Shown: one piece after another, positions 26,542 to 35,825 of the stretch | Layout: the number at the start of each line of letters is the position of its first letter | How positions within the stretch are numbered: the stretch's first letter is position 1 | From: a virus | Lineage: Duplodnaviria; Caudoviricetes | DNA length: 51,991 bases | Virus record (IMG/VR): IMGVR_UViG_3300042340_000122 | Coordinates: 1 to 51,991 of that record | Strand: one strand, 5' to 3' | Position numbers and translations under genes: made by a program | Notes under the pieces: generated by a model | What the model was told of the DNA's origin: nothing | Databases searched by the model: none | Seen by the model: the letters and a program-made list of their open reading frames with translations, nothing else

Positions 26542-27261
26542 TCAGGCGGGTTGCTGTCCTGTCCGGGCGGTGTAGTCCTCGAGGTATTTCTGGTACTCGG
26601 CACTTTCGAAAATCTGGGCGCAGGCTCCAGCCTGGAACCCTCCGAACTTCGCAGCGATGGAACTGATCCGCGCCAAGCCTTCCCGGTCTTCGCTCCGGTC
26701 GGTCTTGCGCTTCGGTCTTGGAAGGATGATTTGGATTTGTTCCTTTGGGGCCGACCAGCCATCCTTGTCGGCGGGGTAGCAGACCTTCCGCCCCAACCCG
26801 TTCTTGGTCGGGGTCATGGCCTTGTCGGCCACATGGATCAAATTCTCGATCCGCTCCCAATCGCGAAACTCGCGAGCGTCGCCTGCCTGCTCGGCCAGCC
26901 TGGCTTCCCACCCCGGCGTGAGCATCATCGAGCGGATCAGCCTTGAGATCATGATCCGGTCTCCGATGTGCTGGGTCTTGTAGATTTCAAGCAAACCCAA
27001 ATCGGCGAGGAATGAATCCTCCGTGCCGTGGCCGAGGTTAGCCTTGGGCTTTGAGGCTTTGGCGCGTGCAGCCTTCAGCGCCTTGAGATCCACCGACCGC
27101 GCGCCGCTCATGCCGCTGGTCATCGAGTTGATCACATCAGCCCGCTCTGCCGCTGGCCAGCTTTCGAGTTCTTCCAAGACCAATGGCCTCCAGGTTTCGC
27201 GAGGCTGGAATGATTTGGGCCAGAGGCCGACAAGTTTTGAAAAGGCTTCAAGCGCGTCCAT
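26542..27261 (-). CDS. Hypothetical protein downstream of the replication initiator
   Basis: 239 aa, GGAG SD, overlaps the initiator end. Confidence 0.6.
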   Translation of the reverse strand: MDALEAFSKLVGLWPKSFQPRETWRPLVLEELESWPAAERADVINSMTSGMSGARSVDLKALKAARAKASKPKANLGHGTEDSFLADLGLLEIYKTQHIGDRIMISRLIRSMMLTPGWEARLAEQAGDAREFRDWERIENLIHVADKAMTPTKNGLGRKVCYPADKDGWSAPKEQIQIILPRPKRKTDRSEDREGLARISSIAAKFGGFQAGACAQIFESAEYQKYLEDYTARTGQQPA

Positions 27262-28099
27262 TGGCGTTGCTCCGCTCGTAGGTGTTCTCGATCACTTTGG
27301 AAAAATTGGATGGCTTCACGAACCAGTCGAAGTTGGCTCTCCACTTCCGGTCATTGCGCCCGGTCAGGAATGGTTGGTCCTTGATGGCGTTGACCGAGGC
27401 GAACCACTCGCCCAGTGACCCGATGTCCTTGAGCCTTGCCGCCAGGTGCTTGGATCTCTCGCCGGTCAGGGCCCTGACTTCAGGCAACCCAACCTCGCCG
27501 GCCATCTGGTTCCAGAACCGGGCGGCAATCCTGAGATCAACCGACTTGGGCCAGCCCTTGGTGCTCAGGGGGTCTGTAGGGGTTAGTTCCTGCCAATTGG
27601 TCCCGAGTGGTTCTTCAGGTTCTGGATTTGAGGGGGCGGGTTGAGCTTGCTCAACGACTGATCCCTGATCCTTGATCCTAGATCCTAGGTCCACGGTCCT
27701 AGATCCTAGATCGGCAGCGAGGGTGACACGAGGGCTCGACGAGCATTCGTCGAATACTCGCGATGCCTCTTCGAAACTGGGTAGTCGGGACTTACTGGGG
27801 CGGTCAATTTTCTGATGTTTCCGCCAATTATTGACAACGAGATAAGTTGACCCATCGACCTCATAGCGAGTGACAAGTTTCTCCCGAGCCAATTCCATCA
27901 TCCAACCGTCAATGAGGTCGCGAACATCGTCATCGAACGGGTAGAGAGCACTCGCGAGCCCTCGCGAGGATGCGCGAGCCCTCCCCTCATCATCGACGAG
28001 GGTCCAGATTTGGACGAAAAGCAGCCTTGCGTCCCGGGACAATCTGCCGATGCTTTCAGACTGCGGGAACTCGGGCTTGATGCTCCTAATCCTGCCCAT
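27248..28099 (-). CDS. Phage replication initiator protein
   Basis: MGRIRSIKPEF...DDEGR...NWRKHQKIDRPSKS N-domain; FLTGRNDRKWRANFDWFVKPSNFSKVIENTY C-domain. Confidence 0.8.
   Translation of the reverse strand: MGRIRSIKPEFPQSESIGRLSRDARLLFVQIWTLVDDEGRARASSRGLASALYPFDDDVRDLIDGWMMELAREKLVTRYEVDGSTYLVVNNWRKHQKIDRPSKSRLPSFEEASRVFDECSSSPRVTLAADLGSRTVDLGSRIKDQGSVVEQAQPAPSNPEPEEPLGTNWQELTPTDPLSTKGWPKSVDLRIAARFWNQMAGEVGLPEVRALTGERSKHLAARLKDIGSLGEWFASVNAIKDQPFLTGRNDRKWRANFDWFVKPSNFSKVIENTYERSNANGRA
27660..27712. repeat. Degenerate 7-bp tandem repeat (consensus GATCCTA, about 8 units), candidate origin element
   Basis: gatccct gatcctt gatccta gatccta ggtccac ggtccta gatccta gatc, inside the initiator linker. 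Confidence 0.7.
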
Positions 28100-28421
28100 C
28101 TGGCGCGGCCTCCCTGAACCTGGAGACCATCGAGTAGCCAATGCCGTGATGACATGTGATCTGCCAGCCCGGGAGCTTCTTCCTGATGTGGCAGATGTGG
28201 GTCTTGATTACATCCGAACTGGGCATGTCACATTCGGGGCGAGCACCGTACAGCGTGTCCCAGATGACCCGGTGCGTTACGATCCTTCCCTTCGCATTGT
28301 GCAGGAGCCAGAACATGGCACGCTGCATCATTGTGATCTTTCCCTTTGACCCAGGGATCTCGGAAAGCATGGTTTCAAACTTGGGAAGTTCAGCCACTGC
28401 CGTCTCACGCATGGGTGGCAT
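28086..28421 (-). CDS. Stand-alone OmpR/PhoB-type winged-helix DNA-binding protein
   Basis: LYG...VIKTHICHIRKKL...HHGIGY; no receiver domain. Confidence 0.75.
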   Translation of the reverse strand: MPPMRETAVAELPKFETMLSEIPGSKGKITMMQRAMFWLLHNAKGRIVTHRVIWDTLYGARPECDMPSSDVIKTHICHIRKKLPGWQITCHHGIGYSMVSRFREAAPDGQD

Positions 28422-29304
28422 CCGCTAAGGCAAACAGATCACCGCTCATGGCCTCTTTCTGCTGTAGATGCCGGCAAGCGTGCTTCCAGTAGTTCTCCTT
28501 CAACTCAATGCCCATGAACTTGCGCCCGAGCTTGACGCTGCACACGCCCTCAGACCCAATTCCCAAGAATGGACTAAGCACATGGTCGCCCGGGTTGGAC
28601 CACATAATGAGCGCGCGCTCGATCAGGTCCAGTTGCAGGGGGCACATATGGCGCTCGTCTGCGCTCTCGCGTGCCATTGCAACATTCAGCGTATTGGTCT
28701 GCTTGATATCCATCCAGACAGGGCTTGCCCACTTCTGCCACTGCTCGACGGGGAACTCTGCCGGCTTGTGACCTACGGGGCGGTCATTGTCCCCTGGTGC
28801 TCTGAATACACAAAGGTAATCGGGCATCCCCGCTCTCGATCGGCAGCTATCTTTCTGAAGCTGCTTGTAAAGAAGACCAAGCGCCTTGGTTCTGGTCATC
28901 TCCACTACTGGATCGCGCCAGATGGTGATGCGGCTATGAAAGACCCAACCAGCCTCGACGTGCGCGCGGATGATCTCGCCGGGAAAGTCCTTTAGCCCTA
29001 TAACCCCATCCTTCCACTTGGATGAAGGGAGTTCAGAACAATGAACTGCACTAATCCTCCCCGGCCTTGTGATCCTCAACTTCTCCTTGATGAGAAACCG
29101 ATAGTGCTCAAAGAACTCGTCGTTGGATGCACAATTCCCCATGTCTGCTTCGCTGTCTGAGTAAACAAACAGGTTCGCAAATGGGGGCGAATAGATCGAG
29201 AAGTCGATGCACTTGTCTGGAAGTTGGCGCACTACATCTACGCAATCCCCATTGTAGGCAGTCCAGTTGTCACCGTGCATTTCATTCAGGCAGCGTATAG
29301 CCAT
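28405..29304 (-). CDS. N4-cytosine/N6-adenine DNA methyltransferase (beta class)
   Basis: Catalytic SPPF motif precedes the SAM-binding PFLGIGSE motif. Confidence 0.88.
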   Translation of the reverse strand: MAIRCLNEMHGDNWTAYNGDCVDVVRQLPDKCIDFSIYSPPFANLFVYSDSEADMGNCASNDEFFEHYRFLIKEKLRITRPGRISAVHCSELPSSKWKDGVIGLKDFPGEIIRAHVEAGWVFHSRITIWRDPVVEMTRTKALGLLYKQLQKDSCRSRAGMPDYLCVFRAPGDNDRPVGHKPAEFPVEQWQKWASPVWMDIKQTNTLNVAMARESADERHMCPLQLDLIERALIMWSNPGDHVLSPFLGIGSEGVCSVKLGRKFMGIELKENYWKHACRHLQQKEAMSGDLFALADATHA

Positions 29305-30731
29305 GACGGAAGTCTCCCTTTGTGTTTTGGTTCATACTTGACCTTGGTTGCAGCCTTTCTTCCCGCTGCACGGCGCATTGCTTCTGACATTGCGCGCTTC
29401 ATGTTCTGGTGATCCGATGTCTTGCGGTCGATGATCCGTCCGATCTGATCTTCACCCTCGGCAACGGCGAGATGCACATTGACGATGTTCTTTTGCCCAA
29501 ATCTCCAACAACGTCGGACAGCCTGATACCAACTCTCGTAGCTGAATGAGCGACCCACAAAGGCCATGTTGCTAACGTGCTGGAGGTTGAGGCCATACCC
29601 GCAAATGCTGGGCTTGGTAATGAGAACCCGGGCCTCGGAATTGACGAAGGACAAGATCCCTTCTTCCTTCTCCTCGGGCTTCATTGAGCCCCGAACCTCA
29701 ATCGCCCCATCAATCACTTCTGCCAGGGCATCAGCCTCGTAGTCCGTATCGCACCACACGATCCACTGGCTCTTGTCCTGAACCAATGCGCCGATGCACT
29801 CAGCCCTCGCCACGGCAGTCTCACGCTTCACGCTGTGCATTGACGTGGCTGAGTTGTCCGTGAGGGCAAACAATCCATCCTTGATGGGTTGAGCGGTTCC
29901 ACTCACGCGATGCCGGATGATCTTCATCTCTGGCAGGATGTACTCGGACGCATCGTGACCGAGATCTGCCGGCGTCTCTGCCATGCGGGACCAAGACGCC
30001 ATCCAGTCCCAGAAGTCAGTCGTGGCGTGACCCTTCAGTCGCCACGTCTGGCTCGCTGTTTCCGTATCATTCACAAACCAGCGCATAAGCATTTCGCTGG
30101 ATTGCATGATCCCGAGAAACTCAGCGTGGTTGCCGAGTTCCATGTGGTCATTGGGGGCCGGGGTAGCCGTGGCCGCTAGCCGGAACCGATAGTCCTTGAA
30201 TGAGTGGATGAGGGCTTGAGATGTCTTACCTCCGAATGATTTCAGGATGGAACTTTCATCCAAAACCACCGTGTCAAAATCATCCAGATCAAGCTTCTCG
30301 AGCCTATCGTAATTGCAGATGTTGATCCCGGACTTTGCATCTGTCCGATCCCGGATCACACGCGCGTCAAAGCCAAACTTCTGCGCCTCGCGCTCAATCT
30401 GCTTTGCCACTGCAAGCGGGGTGAGGATCAATGCCTTTTTCTTCAAGGCGTGCTTGGCAAACTCCAGCTCGCAAAAGGTCTTTCCCAGACCTGTATCCAG
30501 GAACAGACCTGCTCGCCCCTGCTTCAAGGCAAACTCAACACAGTCCCGCTGATGGGGCTTCAGTGCCTCATGCAGTTTCGGTGTCTTGGTGAGACCGACC
30601 GCCTGAACCTTTGGAGCCTTCTTGGCCAGGAACTTGCGGTATTCATCCGCCTCACGCTCGGCACGAAGTGCATCTATCGCCACCTCATACGATTTGCGAG
30701 AGTTCTCTGCAGGATCGTAATCATCCGACAT
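29286..30731 (-). CDS. SF2 (SNF2-like) helicase
   Basis: DTGLGKT, LDES, TATPAPN, GLNLQ, QAVRRCWRFGQ. Confidence 0.88.
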   Translation of the reverse strand: MSDDYDPAENSRKSYEVAIDALRAEREADEYRKFLAKKAPKVQAVGLTKTPKLHEALKPHQRDCVEFALKQGRAGLFLDTGLGKTFCELEFAKHALKKKALILTPLAVAKQIEREAQKFGFDARVIRDRTDAKSGINICNYDRLEKLDLDDFDTVVLDESSILKSFGGKTSQALIHSFKDYRFRLAATATPAPNDHMELGNHAEFLGIMQSSEMLMRWFVNDTETASQTWRLKGHATTDFWDWMASWSRMAETPADLGHDASEYILPEMKIIRHRVSGTAQPIKDGLFALTDNSATSMHSVKRETAVARAECIGALVQDKSQWIVWCDTDYEADALAEVIDGAIEVRGSMKPEEKEEGILSFVNSEARVLITKPSICGYGLNLQHVSNMAFVGRSFSYESWYQAVRRCWRFGQKNIVNVHLAVAEGEDQIGRIIDRKTSDHQNMKRAMSEAMRRAAGRKAATKVKYEPKHKGRLPSWLYAA

Positions 30732-30888
30732 TGCGAGCGTCCTCCTTCAGCAATGCCGAATGAGCCTTGAGCCAATTCTTCGCGTATCGGTATTTGGAAT
30801 GCTTGCCCTGAACGAGGAGCTTCTTTGACTGCTCCTTCACGCGCCTCAGTTGCTGGCGCATCTGTATCTTTGTCGTGCGACTTATCAC
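30721..30888 (-). CDS. Small basic hypothetical protein (55 aa)
   Basis: Translated manually; fills the gap between DUF1064 and helicase genes. Confidence 0.45.
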   Translation of the reverse strand: MISRTTKIQMRQQLRRVKEQSKKLLVQGKHSKYRYAKNWLKAHSALLKEDARNVG

Positions 30889-30889
30889 G

Positions 30890-31357
30890 TCACATCTCCC
30901 TGATTTCGATGTTGTAAAACGCCTTCATGAGTTTGGCTTTCAGGCGATAAACATCAGTCCTGTAGCCCTTGGAATCAGCGACCACGCGCTGTCCGTTTTC
31001 GAAATAGATAAAGTCTGCCTTGTACTTGCAGATGCGAACGCCGTTGTGCTCGATGACGAAATCAACCTGGCGCTCAAGGTGAGATATCTCCCCCGCTCTC
31101 TCCCTCAGTTTCAGTTCCATCCAGTGTTTGTGTTCACGCACTGAATCGAAGGTGCCTTCTTCAGTCACAACCTTTCGGTTTCCATACTTGGAACGGGTAG
31201 CCCGCGCAGGGCTGGGGAGAGCCTCACTGCGCGGGCCTCGCGCGCCGCCGGGGAAGCTGGGGGGCAAGCGGCGCACGGTCTCTAACTCGCCTTTGTGGCG
31301 GGTTGTGTTGGGGAGGGGTTGGTGAGGGTAAGGGCTTCCTTCTCCGCCTGAGCGCAT
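30890..31357 (-). CDS. DUF1064-family putative nuclease (start uncertain)
   Basis: SKYGNRKV...FDSVRE...YKADFIY...DSKG. Confidence 0.78.
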   Translation of the reverse strand: MRSGGEGSPYPHQPLPNTTRHKGELETVRRLPPSFPGGARGPRSEALPSPARATRSKYGNRKVVTEEGTFDSVREHKHWMELKLRERAGEISHLERQVDFVIEHNGVRICKYKADFIYFENGQRVVADSKGYRTDVYRLKAKLMKAFYNIEIREM

Positions 31358-31528
31358 TCATTCCAGAGCCCGATGATTGCATCGTTCTCAAGTTGCTCGA
31401 TGGTGAAGATGCCCTTCCCTGCAAACGGTCGGGATCTGACTTGGGACCTCACGTCCGCAAGCATCTTTTCGGTAAGCATTGGCTTGGCCACGGTAGTCGT
31501 CTCCTTCTTGGTTTCTATTGAGATCAGG

Positions 31529-32293
31529 CTAGATTTGATGAAGTTCATGAGGCTCATTGCTCAGTCTCCTGTTACCCACCGACGGGCCGATGACGGCCTC
31601 TTGTGATGCCCGGACAAAAGCCAGGTTGCTGATGCGGTTGTTGGTGATGTCGCCGTCGAGATGGATCACGCGCGATCCAGAGGGGCACTCGCCCAAGAAA
31701 CACTCGGCGACGAAGTGATCCAAAAGAATGTGAGTGGATCTTGCGCCCCGCCCGCCTGAGTTCAGCCTCAGGTAAAGCTTGCCGGATGCATCGACGTGCA
31801 GAACGAGCGGGTTTCTATTCCCCCTCCGATACCGCACGGCTCCGTTGGATGAGGCTTCAAAGGGTGTGTAGACAGGATGCGTTGCCCACTCGGCCCTCTC
31901 CTGCCTTGCCTGAATAAGAAGACGCGCTCTCGCCTGTGTGCTTCCCATGTAACTGACTGAGGTCTTCTCGTGCTTTCTCTCGACATGGTGCATCACTGTG
32001 GTGTGATCCATGTTGAGAAAGGTTCCGATCTTCGGATAAGACCAACCCCTGTCTCTCAAGCGCTTCATGAAATCAGCGCGGGCGATAACTACGTGTCGAT
32101 ATCTGCACCGGCTGAAGATGTCTCTTGCAGTGACCGGGCTTCCGCCCATGCGATGCCAGAAGATGATGTCTTCTAACCAACCAAGAGTCACATCTCGTGG
32201 TGACGCCGCACGTTCACCACCAATTAACGCCGTCATCACGGTTTTACGGCTAACTGTCATTCGTGGCTTAATCTGCATCTCTTCTTCCCTCAC
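31529..32293 (-). CDS. DnaA-C-like HTH fused to a degenerate HNH domain
   Basis: ARADFM...SYPKIG...DHTTVMH; HFVAECFLG...IHLDGDITNNRISNL. Confidence 0.7.
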   Translation of the reverse strand: MREEEMQIKPRMTVSRKTVMTALIGGERAASPRDVTLGWLEDIIFWHRMGGSPVTARDIFSRCRYRHVVIARADFMKRLRDRGWSYPKIGTFLNMDHTTVMHHVERKHEKTSVSYMGSTQARARLLIQARQERAEWATHPVYTPFEASSNGAVRYRRGNRNPLVLHVDASGKLYLRLNSGGRGARSTHILLDHFVAECFLGECPSGSRVIHLDGDITNNRISNLAFVRASQEAVIGPSVGNRRLSNEPHELHQI

Positions 32294-32296
32294 AAT

Positions 32297-32554
32297 TTAC
32301 TGATGAGCACTCACGCGGCGGGTCTTCCCGCTCTTGGCTTTCTTGCCAGTCAGGCCGTCTTCAATGGAAAAGAAGTCTGACAGGGAAATGTCGATATTGT
32401 GGGACCTTGCAGCCTCGATGATCTTTGGAATGTGACGAGCTGGGATAGACCCGCGAACCCGCCACCCCTGGACTGTCGTCGGGTGCTTCATGTTGAGAGT
32501 GCGCGCCAGGCGCGTCAGACCCCCAAATTTGGAAATTATGTTTTCGACTTGCAT
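32297..32554 (-). CDS. Cro-like HTH repressor
   Basis: IISKFGGLTRLARTL...TTVQGWRVRGSIP; first gene of the leftward arm. Confidence 0.8.
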   Translation of the reverse strand: MQVENIISKFGGLTRLARTLNMKHPTTVQGWRVRGSIPARHIPKIIEAARSHNIDISLSDFFSIEDGLTGKKAKSGKTRRVSAHQ

Positions 32555-32560
32555 ATTCGA

Positions 32561-32603
32561 CACCTACGCTAGAAGCGTATCAGTGTCAACGCCTAACACG
32601 TAT
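32561..32603 (-). promoter_or_regulatory. Leftward early promoter with two operator-like boxes
   Basis: Minus strand ATACG-N7-CGTTGACA-CTG-ATACG-N7-CGTAG; TTGACA-17-TAGGTG. Confidence 0.65.
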
Positions 32604-32836
32604 ATTTCTTTTCACACCAAAATGTGGGTGGTCAAGGAGGGGCCTTGCCTTCCTTGTTGTTCATGTCAGGCGCTAAGGGGTGTCTGGTACCACTAAGAAG
32701 ATGGTCGCGCAAAAAATCGGAACAAAAAAGCACTTTTAGGTCAACATTGCTGTCCTATCTGTCGATCTTGAGTGAATTGTGGCGGAATTGTGCCGAATAA
32801 AATAGGTAAGCAATACTGTCCTATTGACCCAACTAA

Positions 32837-32878
32837 ATACGCTTTTCGTGTTGACATAATACGCTTTGCACGTATTGT
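32837..32878 (+). promoter_or_regulatory. Rightward early promoter with two operator-like boxes
   Basis: ATACG-N7-TGTTGACA-TA-ATACG-N7-CGTAT; TTGACA-16-TATTGT. Confidence 0.65.
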
Positions 32879-32906
32879 CATGCATACAAACACGCGAGAG
32901 CAACCC

Positions 32907-33215
32907 ATGCAGACAACATCCAACGTTATCGCCGAAGCCTGCAACGCCAAGAGCGTTCGCTTCCACGCAGACGGCAATCGTGAGTGGGCATACGTGTCCA
33001 CCACTGAGAGCAGCGAACAAGCTGCCGTTGAGTTTCTCCAGAACACGAAAGCTTACCTCCGATCCTGTGGCTGGGAGGTGTGCGCTTTCTCAAACGGTTT
33101 CTACTTTATCGGAACCCAAAAGTTCCACACCGCTGCAATCGACGCGATGCGCGGTACGGGTCCACGCACTGAATACGAAACCCACATGATCGAAACCTGC
33201 ACAGGGAGGGACTAA
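32907..33215 (+). CDS. Hypothetical early protein
   Basis: First ATG with an SD-like GAGAG downstream of the promoter. Confidence 0.6.
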   Translation: MQTTSNVIAEACNAKSVRFHADGNREWAYVSTTESSEQAAVEFLQNTKAYLRSCGWEVCAFSNGFYFIGTQKFHTAAIDAMRGTGPRTEYETHMIETCTGRD

Positions 33216-33217
33216 CC

Positions 33218-33481
33218 ATGGCCACGAACACGCATGAACGCATTGCCGCTGCCGTTCAGAAGATCAACCCAAGCTACCGCGCCCGCACTGGCTACAAGGC
33301 GGTCGATGTCTTTGTAAGCATTAGCTGCTTCTCAGGCGGGTGGTGGGTGAATGTCGATGGGAAGCGCGTTGTTGATGACCTCCCCACCATTGAAGAGGCA
33401 CTAGACGCTTTGGAGGCTCATGCCGATCGCGTGGCCAGTTCTGATGACGATCTGGCCCGCACGCTCGGAATTGCGTCGTGA
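33218..33481 (+). CDS. Hypothetical early protein
   Basis: GGGAGG SD. Confidence 0.65.
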   Translation: MATNTHERIAAAVQKINPSYRARTGYKAVDVFVSISCFSGGWWVNVDGKRVVDDLPTIEEALDALEAHADRVASSDDDLARTLGIAS

Positions 33482-33693
33482 TTGAACAATCCATCAACGA
33501 ACTCACCAAGATGAGGGAAACGCTCGGGCTTCGCGAGGTTTCTTTCCCCGCCTCAATCACATGCCACGGGGAAGGATACTGGACGGTTCAGGTTTCCGAG
33601 GTTGGTGCCTGGTTTGGAAAGACTGCGGACGATGCCCTTTCATCCGCCAAGGGCGGGCTTCTCAACATGCTCAACAACAGGAGCTTCAAATGA
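33478..33693 (+). CDS. Hypothetical early protein
   Basis: GTGA coupling. Confidence 0.55.
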   Translation: MIEQSINELTKMRETLGLREVSFPASITCHGEGYWTVQVSEVGAWFGKTADDALSSAKGGLLNMLNNRSFK

Positions 33694-33941
33694 ACATCCT
33701 TGTAAACCCAGAGACTTCAATGACGCCTGTTGAGCGCGCTGAGGCTTTGCTCGCCGGCATCTTTTCCAACATCAAGAGCCTTGAGACTTTCATGAAGTCA
33801 TACCCGCTGGTGGACTTCCGCGACCTCGAGCGCGACCTGATGAATGCTCAGGACCGGATCATGAACCTTGCCGTCAAGGCAGACAAGTTCAAGCGCCAGG
33901 AAGAACTGGACGAGATGCTTGCGCGGGATGGTCTGACATGA
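33690..33941 (+). CDS. Hypothetical early protein
   Basis: AGGAG SD; ATGA coupling. Confidence 0.6.
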   Translation: MNILVNPETSMTPVERAEALLAGIFSNIKSLETFMKSYPLVDFRDLERDLMNAQDRIMNLAVKADKFKRQEELDEMLARDGLT

Positions 33942-34110
33942 CCCCCGGACAAGCAAGCGCAACCGCCGTCGCGTGCGCCCTCGTGTTTTGGTCGATGATT
34001 GTCTGCTTTAACATCGGTCGGGCTAACCCATCCACTCAACTCCGCTCGGCCTGTGATGTTGCAGATCGTGCTGACCTGAAGGCTGGTTACTACAAGCCGG
34101 CGAGGGGGCA

Positions 34111-34338
34111 ATGATGGTTGATGATAACGTTGTCCCATTCCCGAAGAACCAAGACCCTCCGGTAGATTACATCTTTGCCGAAGAGATCGAATTGCGAAGT
34201 GCGCGCACCAATCTGGCAGCAGCCATCGCAATGCTTCAGAAGCCACGGGATCAGCAGGATTTGGACAAGGTCTTGCACCTCATCAACGAAGCATGGGGGG
34301 TTGTGGCCGGGGTTCATATCATGAGGTTTGAGGTATGA
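34111..34338 (+). CDS. Hypothetical protein
   Basis: DNVVPFP N-terminal motif; GAGGGG SD. Confidence 0.6.
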   Translation: MMVDDNVVPFPKNQDPPVDYIFAEEIELRSARTNLAAAIAMLQKPRDQQDLDKVLHLINEAWGVVAGVHIMRFEV

Positions 34339-34754
34339 GCGGTCGCCCATCCATTCCGGCCCGTGTTCAGGTGGCGGTTGCTATTTCTCAAGCAGAGCAT
34401 GGCGGGATCATCTGCCCTCTCTGCGGAACCCAGATTATCGCCTCTGACAAGCGTGTGCTTGAGCACATGGTGCCTCGAATGCTGGGAGGCTCAGACGAGG
34501 CCGAGAACCTCCGCTGGGTTCACCATGACTGCGCCAAGGCAAAGACCAATGGAAACAATGCAACGTCAGCAGACGGTGACCTGCACAAGATCGCCAAAGC
34601 CAAGCGCCTTGAGAGAGCGCGCCAGGCTCATGAGGACGCGGTGCTGGGGAAGATGAACCCGGAGAAATCATACACGTACGTCAAGCGCCTTAGCCGCCCC
34701 ATTCCCTCCCGCCCGTTTCCAAAAAGGATCAAGACCAATGCCAACCCCACGTAA
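34335..34754 (+). CDS. HNH endonuclease
   Basis: CPLC...EHMVPRMLGGSDEAENLRWVHHDC. Confidence 0.8.
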   Translation: MSGRPSIPARVQVAVAISQAEHGGIICPLCGTQIIASDKRVLEHMVPRMLGGSDEAENLRWVHHDCAKAKTNGNNATSADGDLHKIAKAKRLERARQAHEDAVLGKMNPEKSYTYVKRLSRPIPSRPFPKRIKTNANPT

Positions 34755-35379
34755 AGGGTACTTCACCAAAGACGGGACGAAGGTTCCTAGTGTGACCACC
34801 ATCCTTAGTAGGTTCAAAGAGTCGGGCGGATTAGTGCACTGGGCGTGGAAGCTTGGAACGGAGGGGAAGGACTATAAGGCAGTCCGTGACCAAGCTGCGG
34901 ATGCTGGAACCTTGGCGCACGAACTGATCGACGCTCACATCACGGGCCAGACCATCACCTTGGATGGAGATGGAGAGATCATCCGTCAGGCTCAGAACGC
35001 TTTTAATTCCTACAAGAACTGGGAACTCACAACAGGCGTCAAGATCGAATGGACCGAGCGCCAGTTAGTGAGTGAGGAGCACAAGTTCGGTGGAACGCCG
35101 GATGCTTTTGGGATTGTAGACAATAAACCAGTCCTGTTGGACTGGAAAACTTCCAACTCGGTCTATTCCGACTACCTGATCCAGCTTGCGGCCTATGCCC
35201 TGCTTATCAAGGAAGTGTACGGGATTGAGTGCCAGGGGCATTACCTCTGCCGATTTAGCAAAGAGCACGGGGACTTCTCGGTCCATCACTTCCCCGACCT
35301 TACCGAAGCAACACGAATGTTTCTTCTCTTGCGCGAGGCATACGACCTCGACCGTCAATTGAAGAAGCGCGCCGCCTGA
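34738..35379 (+). CDS. PD-(D/E)XK exonuclease (recombination)
   Basis: PSVTTIL, GTLAHE, GGTPD, LDWKTS, QLAAY. Confidence 0.85.
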   Translation: MPTPRKGYFTKDGTKVPSVTTILSRFKESGGLVHWAWKLGTEGKDYKAVRDQAADAGTLAHELIDAHITGQTITLDGDGEIIRQAQNAFNSYKNWELTTGVKIEWTERQLVSEEHKFGGTPDAFGIVDNKPVLLDWKTSNSVYSDYLIQLAAYALLIKEVYGIECQGHYLCRFSKEHGDFSVHHFPDLTEATRMFLLLREAYDLDRQLKKRAA

Positions 35380-35402
35380 TTTTACCTGAAGGAGATAGAA
35401 CT

Positions 35403-35825
35403 ATGGAAATCCAGATCAGCAAGATTTACCCGCCAAAGCAGTCCGGATGGAGCGCATCCATCAAGGCTCAGGATGGGAATTACTATGGGGTGAAGGAAGA
35501 GGTCGCCAAGAGTTTGGCTGAGGGCCAGACCATCACGGCTGACGTGAAGATGCAGGAAAAGAACGGGAAGACGTATCGGGATATCATCAAGATCCACGAT
35601 GCGGGTCCTTCTGCCAGGTCGGCAGCATCTGCCCCCACCCAATCCACCGGACGCTATGGGTCGAATGACGACGCAACGGCGGAGCGGATCTTCGTCTGCG
35701 GCTTTGTCAATGCAACCGCGCCGAAGGTCTATGAGAAGTTCGGAGCTATCTCATCTGACCAACTCACCGCCCTTGTCATGGTGGCGCGTACAACGTGGGA
35801 AGAGACGCTGGGGAAGAAGTCGTGA
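35403..35825 (+). CDS. Putative ssDNA-binding / recombination-associated protein
   Basis: OB-like N-terminus; adjacent to the exonuclease; AAGGAG SD. Confidence 0.45.
   Translation: MEIQISKIYPPKQSGWSASIKAQDGNYYGVKEEVAKSLAEGQTITADVKMQEKNGKTYRDIIKIHDAGPSARSAASAPTQSTGRYGSNDDATAERIFVCGFVNATAPKVYEKFGAISSDQLTALVMVARTTWEETLGKKS

Noticed and set aside
34738-35379. Cas4-like nuclease as a sign of a CRISPR system
   Set aside because: No Fe-S cysteine set, array or other cas genes; ordinary phage PD-(D/E)XK exonuclease
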